Positions 54,331 to 64,000 of a stretch of DNA of 64,000 bases are shown here, piece by piece. The notes below the pieces were generated by a model. It saw only the letters and a list, made by a program, of their open reading frames with translations. It was not told where the DNA came from and did no database searches. This DNA comes from Kudoa neothunni (taxonomy: Eukaryota; Animalia; Cnidaria), in the NCBI GenBank assembly GCA_964304625.1, contig OZ199840.1, forward strand, positions 34,323 through 98,322, in the 5' to 3' direction. Made by a program: the position numbers and the translations under genes. Position 1 is the stretch's first letter. The number at the start of each line of letters is the position of its first letter.

Positions 54331-54866
54331 ATACCATTTTGATGAATTATATAGCCATAAATTGAAGAAATCCTATTTTTATAGAAATATCAAAGTATTG
54401 TCGTATGGTTGGAAAATAAAAATGAAGTTGTTTATCGGATCCTATTTAATCTTGCGATTTCCGACGTTATTATATGCACATGTAATAACTTCCATGATAT
54501 TCTATCATAATTTTTCCTTTCATATTAATTCCATTTTTATAAATATAAATTGAATTTTACTTTAATTGAGATGGTTAACATTATTTCACAATCCGTTTAT
54601 ACACTTACCTAAATAGCTTGGTCTAATTTATTTGTCACATCACATTCCATGTATTGTACTAATTAATATTATAAAGTTTTTTTTAAATATTACTATATCG
54701 AGCTCTTTTATATTCGAAAAATAATTATTTATTTTTTAAGAAATCCATGAAAAGATCAATAAACTGGATACTCCAAATAATTTTAATCCAGTTAAGTATT
54801 AAAACATAATTTCCAAATTTATGCGTACAAAATAACGTTTTCATTTTAAATTAAAATTGTGCTAAT

Positions 54867-57800
54867 TATAAAGCCTGTGACTCATGAAAAACATCCCTTT
54901 CTGCATCTTTTTTGTCTCTAATTTTTAACGATTCTTATTGATAAAATAAATAAATATAGAAAGGAAAAATTTAGGGTATACCAAAATAACTTCTAAATTT
55001 TAACCAAATCCGATTTCGAGCAAAATCGTCCCCACGTGTAATCTCCCTGTTGTTTACAAAAACTTGCCAATCTCATTATTTGTCACATATTTTAATATAT
55101 TCGCTATATTAAATCGCCTAAATGATTTTCTGGCATTAAGAAATAAACGTATTTGCTAAATCCGCGTTTATTAACACGTGCTAGTCCAAAATGGAGTCGT
55201 TAAGTTATAAAGTCGATGGTGACTTTTATTTACTCATTAATGATTAAGAAAAGTTATTCCATGTACGTGTTGCTAAAGGTTATCTTTACAAAGCTCCAAC
55301 TCGCTGTAGAAATTACAGGAATTTCGATTGCTTCATCCTTAGAAAGCTCAAATTAAATGATGTCAGGCCGATAACTAAACTGTCCGCCAGTATTGGCATA
55401 GTATACGACTACGAAAATTCGGCCTCATATCGTTCTAATTTTTTATTACTTTATTATAGGTCGTTATTATTAGATTATAAAAATGGAAATGCCAAAAATT
55501 TGTTTAAAATTTAAAATTCTACCGCTTTCTCATCATTCTACCTTAATCCTCATTATGTTAGTGTAAGTTGAATTATGTCAACGTTCTTTAATTTTAAAAA
55601 GTTTTTTTAAATTAATCTAATAGCTCGTTTGGATTCTTATAAAAATTAAATATATTGAAGAATTTTTTAATGTCATTTTGAGTTGCACTCAATCATCCTC
55701 TCTACATCTTAAGTGAATTTGAGGTATGAAGAAAGCTTACAATAGCAGGTAAAAGTCATCTATAATTTTTTTAATTTATATATTTTTTATGACAATTTTA
55801 TTGTTTATTTGTGAAGTTATTGAATTATTTTTGCTGAAAAATTCGTTGGAGTTTTTGTAATTATAATATTTTTCATCATTTAATGTTGTATTCGGTAGAT
55901 TATCATTAGATAAAAATCTTACGCCATAATTTATGTTATTTTGTCGTACGATAGTACGAAACCTATTCAAGGTCATGAATTCGAAATTCATTATAATTCT
56001 TATGTTTTAGTTTATTCGTAGTATATAACATAACACATTCAATGTGTGATTTTTTTTTAAATAATATAATCCCTCGAAAATCATTGAGCTTTAAAATTTT
56101 CATTTTATATAGATTTTTTCAATGATTATAAATGTAACAGTTTTATTATTCTTGATTTATTATTCATTTTTTCATAATCAGTTTGATTAAATCATTATTT
56201 CAATATATAAATTAATTAAATTAATTATTAACATTTTGTCGAATTTATTTAGCAAATATAAACATTATTTAATAATTTTAATAATATTTATTTATGTTTT
56301 CAAAAAGATTGTTTAATAATTGGAACTTATTTCCATATATTTAGCGGACCCATTCTTCTTGTAAATAGCTCTCAAATTCGATATCACTTACTCCTCTTCT
56401 GATTCCCAATATTTTAAGTTTCAATTTGCCTCAACAGGGTTCTATCGTATTTGAGTGCTACCGTTGATACAATAGCGTAATGAATGATTAACAGTAATGT
56501 GATTGTAACCCAATTCATCCTATTTTTGATAGGCTTTCCATTCGTCACAGTAGATCATGGTACCCTTGATAACTTCGTTTTGACTTATAGGAAGTAATGT
56601 TTTCTTTATTTCATCTTTCAACCTTAAAATATCTGAACTCCTTAAGTTGTCTTTTTCCGTGGCTATCGACAGAGCATAAGCATAGACCAAAGACCCACGG
56701 ACCATCAATCCTATTACCGTATTTTACGCGACGCGAACAATGAGTTAATTAGTTTTTAGAGAGTAAGATTAAAATCATATATACACATTCCCTCCTCGGA
56801 TAATTCTTCCAGCATTTGGTTGATATTCACTGATACTACTATTTAACTAAAAATAGTCTAGTTAACCTTTTCGCATGTAATACTCGATACATCGGCTTTA
56901 TGAGACAAGATTTCCTTATTTACAGAATACTACCACTTATCTCCTTTAAGATATTTACCCATGTTATTATTTCTTTTCCCTTGAAGTAAGCTTTCGTCGA
57001 TTTCGACCACAAATCCTTCTCCGCCAAACGGTCTCCTATCCCTAAAGCCGCCCGAACAAATATATCGTACATTTTTAAACCAGTTTATCCCCGTAATTTT
57101 GGATATATGTACCAATGAGCATGTGGATTCTATTTTATTATTCATAAGCCAATAATAAATTACCTTCATTATCTGTTTTACGGTTATTTTAGAAATTTTT
57201 TTCCGACACCTCTCGAAAAGAAAGATCTTAAAGGGTGAAGACTTGGTTTTACAGCTATTACTTATGGAAAAAGTATAAAATCGTTTTATTTTATTACTCT
57301 CTACATACATGAATAGTTTTGTATTTATCAGTGCCAACAGAAAGATAGTCCTCATTAATAGTGATTTCTTTCCTATTTTTTCTTCTGGAAACGTAGAACT
57401 AATTGTGACATCTACAATTTCTACATCTCGTTGGAATTCTATTTATGAGATTTTTCGAACAAAGAAAATCGCATAGAAGATCGCTATTATTAATCAACAC
57501 AAAAAACTGATCGTCACTATCATCATTAACCATAATGAATATATACGATTTAAAGAGCTCTCATTACACTCCAACTATATCTCAAACAATGAAATACTAA
57601 AATAATATGATATTTAAAATTGTTAACCTCAAATAAAAGTTTAAAAAGCTAAATTAAGAAGTTCTATTGAATTGAATGTAAGTAAAAGCGCACGAATTAA
57701 TTCACTGAAAGTCACAGCTGTCCCAAAACACATAATGAGGATTAAGGTCGAATATTGAGCAAACAGAAGAATTGTAAATTTAAAAAAAATTTGTGTCTCC

Positions 57801-60061
57801 GTTATTTTTTAAAATCAAATAATAACGATCTGTAACAAAATCGTAAAAAATGAGAACGATATGAGGTCGAATTTTCGTAGCCGTATGTTATCAATACAAG
57901 TCCGTCTATGACAGAAATAACATCGATTATTCCTTCACATACCTATGTAAAAAGTAATATTTTATCTCAATTCGTTGCTTTAAATACAATTGGTGTAAAA
58001 CTATTCTCCCCTCCCCCAAAATGGAACATTTTTTCAAACTCTCTTATACGCGTCCCGTCCCAAAACCCAACATTGATATGATGTTTTTAAAATATAATAT
58101 CGCTGGTGTATAGATGAAACTATTATAACTACAATTAAAAAAGATTAGTTAAGTATGTCTACAGTTTTAGCGTGGTTCAAAAAATCCGACAACTCTGCAA
58201 ATCACCCTTCGAGAACAGAAACAAAATTGGTGGATAAGGTTTCATTGTAGAAATTGATGAATGCCTCCTTCACGAAAGAAGAAAATAAAATCGGGGTCGA
58301 ATTCTTAACGGAGATGCATGGAAAACGTCTCAAAATAAAGAATTCTTAGAGTCAAGTACTGAATCTCGAATTTGATATAATGAATTATATAACGTATTTC
58401 TTTTACTTAGTAGATGCCGACGATGGAGGTGTTAGCGATTATTTCCCTTCAGAAGTTGAATTTTTTGATAAATCCTTCGACAGTATTTTATGATGTCACC
58501 ATTTTATTAAATAACGTAAATAGAAGCGGAATTCGGCGACACTTTTGCCCATAATCGAAAGAGAAATCCACAAAGGATCAACCTTAGCCAGTGATGAATG
58601 GTCCACCAATAATGGTACACGTGAACTTGGCTATGATCATGTTAAGGTCAACCACTCGAAGGGATACGTGCAGAATGGCCCCAATACAAATACTATCGAA
58701 CGATGCCGGGGGAGGCTAAAAACAAAATTTCTTCGCGTGAAACGGGGAGTATCATTCTCAAATTTTGTGGAATACCTTATTGAAGAATGATACCAATTTA
58801 TCATGGGCGAAGAAATAAATCTTTTCAACAACTTTTTAAGAACAATTTATCTTTGTTTTAATTAGATTATTGTAAATTTGTTTTTAAAAATATTCATATT
58901 TAAGTCTTTTTTTCTATGTTCAAATGTCGATGTTAACATAAATGGATAAATAAACTATTCCAATACGATAGGTTAGTTATTTAAGAATTCATTATATAAA
59001 CTAATATTTACCACAACATTTTCTGAATTTAATTAGGGCAAAATTTTAATAAGTGAACAATTTTTATATAAAAATAATTAAATGCTTATGTACACTTAGG
59101 AAATCAACCAGCTGAATAACGTCATTTAAAAATATCACAGAAAATTTTGTATAATGGAAGAATTTTTCTTTTAAATTCACTAACATGGAGATTTGGAAAT
59201 CTGATATGGATTATTTGACGAAAGATTCAAAAAATTATATAGTTCATTTATGACACTTGAATAATTCTATATTCGCATCCTCGAAAAAATATTATATTTA
59301 CATAATATCAGTTATTAAGTGTTATTATAAAATGTTTTTCCAACGTTTCAGATTTTTTAAATTTACTCAAATAGAGTAGTCGAGAATCTTGTGTATGACA
59401 CTTTATTATTAATATTGGAATAATCTACATAACCTTAAAAATCGTCAATTTTATATTTGGTATAATTGCTGTATTATATTAATTATTTCATGACAAACTT
59501 AACAGTTTATAATTTTTTTTAGAAGATAATGGACACATTAAAATGTCAACTTTTAAAGTTAAATAATATTTAAATATTTCATGATCGCATTTTCATACAA
59601 ATGCAGTCATTTAAATTTATTGAGGAAATATAAATTTACAAAAAAAAATTAAAAACTAAACATGATGTTTTAGCATAATAAATCACTATGAGATTTACAT
59701 TTCATCGATTGGATATGAGCAAATTGATTTGCTCAGTGAGTAAAATGTAACACCATTTTAATGAGTATTTAAATTATCTTTTTGGTCAAATAATTATCTT
59801 AAAAATAATTTAAGTGATTTAATATAACGAATATGTTAAAATATGCGACAAATGATGAAATTCGCTAATTTTTGTAAACAAATGGGAGATTACACGTAGG
59901 GACGATTTTGATCAAAGTGAGATATGGTTAAAATTTAGAAGTTATTTTTTATACCTAAATTTTTCCCTTCTATATTTATTTATTTTATTAATAAGAATCG
60001 TAAAAAATTAGAGACAACAAAGATGCGCAAAGGGGTGTTTTTAGGAGTCGCAGTCTTTATA
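54867..60061 (+). mobile_element. Outer Merlin/ISXO2(IS1595)-like element with ~260-bp terminal inverted repeats
   Basis: 54867-55129 is an imperfect inverted copy of ~59802-60061. The plus-strand transposase relic (~58000-58830) reads GFIVEIDECLL, LPIIEREIHKGSTLASDEW, YDHVKVNHS and NTNTIERC. Confidence 0.8.
55389..57898 (-). mobile_element. Inner Merlin/ISXO2-like element nested in the outer one
   Basis: About 170-bp IRs (55390-55558 vs 57728-57897) and an imperfect 8-bp TSD TGTCCGCC / AGTCCGTC. Minus-strand relic reads FGGEGFVVEIDESLLQGKR, VIKGTMIYCDEWKAY and LGYNHITVNH. Confidence 0.8.
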
Positions 60062-60860
60062 CAGTCGGTGATCACTAATTCGTAATGGGGCTTGTGCGCG
60101 CGCAATAAAAATAAAATGAAAGGCTGACTTTTATTGATTCATCGATTTAAGAATATTCATAATTTAGATCAAAACTAAAAAATAATAAAGCACTCTTTGG
60201 CGAGCCAAAAATAATTGTTATAATGGAAATAATATTATTAAGAACTTTTGGGTTTCATCTGATGTATGTAAAACAATTTATTCGAAACAAAAATAACCAT
60301 GTTTTGGAATCATTTACGAGGCGTTAATTAATAGAACTGCGCGGTCTTATCGACACTATATATTTGATCCTCGTAATTTTCAAGCATTTAAAGAAGTTGA
60401 GTGTTCTAATCTGAAATGATTCCTATGGGTACCACGCTAGCTTCGACATGAAAACTGTTTTTTTTAACTTGAACCTATTTTTAAAGCCACGAATCTAATC
60501 TATAGCTAACATTTTTGAAATCATTTCCAGAAGAATCAATCTCATTTCGTTTGTTAATTATTTCGATGAACGATAATTCGATACTTTTCGACCTCATCGA
60601 AACGAACCACTCACACACACGTTGATCAGCATGTTCATCTTTTCCATTCTGCATTGATCTTCGTATAGCTAGATGCAATTTACTTACAAATGCCTGTTCA
60701 ATTTGAGTCTTATCTAAAATGCCATTTAAAGTTGAAATATAATCTATTTTGAAGTGTTTAATAGTTTGCATCATTCTATTTGTTAAGTATTTGTTTATGT
60801 ATTCATAAACTTCGCTAAAGTTAGAACACTTTTGCTAATCTGAACGCGGTCCATTTTTAA
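60062..60860 (-). mobile_element. pogo/Tigger-like remnant (CENP-B-type HTH)
   Basis: ADQRVCEWFVSMRSKSIELSFIEIINKRNEI..FKNVS...SWL resembles HTH_CENPB. Left end TA|CAGTCGGTG. Confidence 0.5.
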
Positions 60861-60865
60861 TCTGT

Positions 60866-61688
60866 GTTTTTCTCACAAATCTACATACATATTTCTCTGT
60901 ATGGCCTACCCTTTTTAACTCATAGCTGTCTTATTGACTATTTATTTTACCCATGACCAGGATTTACAAGTATCAAAGACGAGTGCTCAAATTATCGTAA
61001 AGTCCCCTTTGATCTAAATATAATTAGTTTTGTGCTAGTACTGATAAATAATATTAAATATGATCATAATTTTGTTACGAAACTGATTCATTACATTTGT
61101 TCTACAAAATGTTACAATCAGACATGCACGGAACTTGTAAACGTAGCCAATCAACGTGTAAAAAAAGAATCAAATATATTGCTCTATACATAATATAGAT
61201 GTTTTAATTCCGGCTGTAAACAATGTGAAATATAAAAGGATTTTAAATGAATGTATACTGCATTTTTATTATAATAAATGTATATATTACTAGTAATATC
61301 AGATTTAACATAACGTTGTGGATCGGTAGGATCACTTCATATTCAATTTGTGCAGAGGTCACCTTACCATTACATAACGAACTCAATCTGATACTTGAAT
61401 CTAAGTATACGCACAATTATAGTAACATTTTCGGAAAAGCTCATGCAAATCTACAATGTATGGCCAATAAATAGATCGCGCCCTTATTTTTTGACGAAAT
61501 ATTTGGTAAAAAGTTTGCGACCAAAACGCGATTATATACAATAAATATTAAATCAGATTTTTTGATCTGAACACTTAATAATTTGAATTATTGATAAATA
61601 AAGGCGTGGTTAAAAATATCGGAGCATAAATTAAATAATCGAAATTTCACTAACTAGATAGTAGGGAAAAATTCGTAAATATGGGAGT
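60866..61688. repeat. Duplicated 3' flank shared by copies 4 and 6 (paralogue of ~39006-39357 + 41609-42042)
   Basis: Colinear similarity once the hAT insertion is removed. Confidence 0.85.
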
Positions 61689-64000
61689 TTATTTTTTCTT
61701 CTTGAAAACCACGAAACCAATAGCACCCATGATCATAGCTCCAATAGCGGCTACTGCAATTATTCTAAAACAATACCAGTTAAATTGTAAGAACACAATA
61801 AATTAATACATGACCATGGTTTTAGAACTAAATACAAAATTTATTTATTTTAAAAATATTAATTAATAAACCTTGAACTGCTTTTTTGCTCCTAAAAGTT
61901 ACAATTTAAATTATTTTCGAAGTAATAATGCTTTACTTGCTCAATCGTAGCCGTCCCATAAACTGTTTTATCGGTGGAACTGTACACAGTCAAATGATAA
62001 TTGTTGCCATCTGCTAATCCACTGATAGTGAATGATTTGCATGGGGGGAATCTTTTACATCCTTTATCCCTTGGACTCATGCATTTTTTAATAATTGCTA
62101 TCGATTTGGTACTCGCGTTACGTAATTCCCATTTACATTTGGATTTTTCATTAAGACTAGATGGTAGGGTGTTTTCTATAACAAATGAATCACCATCCCT
62201 TGTTATTGTTACATATATTATTTTGTCGTTTTCTGTGGGATTCCCCTTTGGAGCAGCTATTTATTTTAAATATTACATATAATAATAATAATATCGAAAA
62301 TATTTTTACTAGCTACTAAAGTAATTTCATTTCTCTCTGATTTTCCCACTGCAGTAATAGACACTTTATACTCTTCATTTGCATCATAGTCGTTGAATTT
62401 AATAGAGCTGCACAATGGAAACGAAGAGCATGTGTTTGAATTGACCGGGCTCGCAGTTGTATCGACTGTCGTAGTTGGAGTGACATCTGTATCAGTTTCA
62501 ATTTGGGTATTAGATTCAGATCTTGCAATTTTTAATCCATTAACTTCTGATTTTAGACTTTGAATTTTACTAGTACCAGTTTGTGGTTGGTCGGTATTAG
62601 AATTGGATTCGGCTGGTGAGCTTGGTGGAGTATTTTGAGTTTCTGGTGCAGCTGCCGGTGCCTGTGATGCTTCGCAGACGTAAACATCTTCAAACCCGTC
62701 ATCTTTTTTTATTTGGATTGTATAATGACAAATGGCTTCTGGGACTTTTTTGGACAATTGTGCATTTAATTCCAATCCTTGCTCAGTGTATTTTTGAGTT
62801 ATTCTCAAGGTCGCCAGATCTAGATTGAGTTGAATAAGTTAATATTTTGATATACATATATACTAGTTGTAACATTTTCATATATGTGTTCCTTGTAATC
62901 CTTATCAGCAATGACCTTAACGTCGTAAGAAGTATTTGGTTCAAGATCAACAATAGTTATTGATTCTCTACATCTTCCTCTACAGGGGTTAGTTTCAGTA
63001 CATTTAGCGGTGGTGAAAATGTATTTTTCCCAGTTGGACTTATATAATACTCACAGTTTGGTTCTTCATTTTTATTTGTCCTCTGGTTCGCCTCCAATAG
63101 CAGTTAGTGTAGTTCTAGATTCTGTCATAGCAGGGGCAGTTTCTTGGAAATTTTTATCTTCCGTTTTATCTATTAATGATTATTAGTTTTAATGCTTTTT
63201 AATTTCAAATTATTACTTGTCCATATCAATATTTGTTCGTTTAAGGAAGTTGGATTGCTGTTACCAGTTAATGCGACTTCAAGAATATAAGGTTTTCCTG
63301 CAGTTAATCCTTCAATTACTAATTTTTCGCAGCTAGCTTTACAATCATTATTATTAGTACTTCTGTAATTTTCGCCACATTGAGTGATAGATGGATCTTT
63401 TTTAATATTGTCAGCTGGGTAATGTTTTAAAGTGCAACCAGTAAACTGTGTGCCTGATCCTGGCTTAAAAACTGCTGCGTCAAAAGATACACCTTTATTG
63501 GTATAATCTGACAACAAACCGTTTCCAGTCTCCGATATTGCTAAAAAATTTATAAAAGTTAATATTGACTAAAATAAATTACGAAATTTATTTTGAGAAA
63601 ACCCATCTAATTCACTAATAGAAATTTTGAAAGATCGTGATTTCTGGTTTGAATTAGAACATTATATATTTCTTTTTCTGCAGTTAGAGTAAGCTCAACG
63701 TCTTTGCATGGTGCGTAACACTTTCCTGCAGTATTTCCACAGTTTGATTCGAATTGTTGGCTATTTTCTGCAGATGTACCATCTTTAATACCAAAAACAC
63801 AGATCTCAGATGATAGTGTTAAATCTGTGAATTTAAGAACAACTTGATTAGGAGCTCCTGTCTTTTTAGTCACATAATACTGAGGTTCATAAATAGCCAT
63901 ATTTTTCTTCATATATTCGTTTGGCATATGATAAAAAAAACTTGGATAATTCTGACACCTCATCTCATAATGAGGAACTAGTGTATCAAACTCCACAGTG
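61689..64000 (-). CDS. Cys-rich FN3-like type I membrane protein family, copy 6 (5' part beyond window; a few single-base indels)
   Basis: Exon 3 (partial) to exon 10 are colinear with the other copies. Ends FVVFKKKK*. Apparent indels near 63625, 62960 and at the exon-7 donor (~61937). Confidence 0.8.

Noticed and set aside
56300-58830. Bacterial IS1595 or contamination
   Set aside because: Embedded in the paralogous flank of an intron-containing gene and decayed; better explained as eukaryotic Merlin.
1-64000. CRISPR arrays, rRNA, tRNA, prokaryotic operons
   Set aside because: None seen. The repeats are gene duplications, TE termini and microsatellites in a eukaryotic context.

Overview
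This is AT-rich eukaryotic (metazoan) genomic DNA with very short GT-AG introns, mostly about 39-60 nt, and many decayed DNA transposons. Two single-copy housekeeping genes sit tail-to-tail in the middle: a Chk1 kinase (+, 21333-23531) and gamma-tubulin complex component 2 (-, 31431-23626). They are flanked by two inward-pointing arrays of a multi-exon gene family I do not recognise, with 2 copies on + at left and 4 on - at right (the last is cut by the window edge). Each copy encodes a roughly 850-900 aa type I membrane protein: signal peptide, about 7 Cys-clamped fibronectin-III-like modules mostly one per phase-1 exon, two micro-exons, one TM helix and a 4-residue basic tail. The distal modules are highly variable, the membrane-proximal part is near-invariant, and the copies are segmental mosaics of one another. 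All five visible 5' ends share a CGATAC-NN-GTATCG dyad. I interpret this as a candidate variant-surface-antigen or diversified-receptor locus shuffled by gene conversion, possibly in a compact-genome parasitic animal such as a myxozoan (inference). The spacers hold piggyBac, hAT, MULE, Merlin/ISXO2 (nested), Tc1/IS630, pogo and Helitron relics. Many frameshifts in copies 1, 2, 5 and 6 fall in homopolymers and may be long-read errors.
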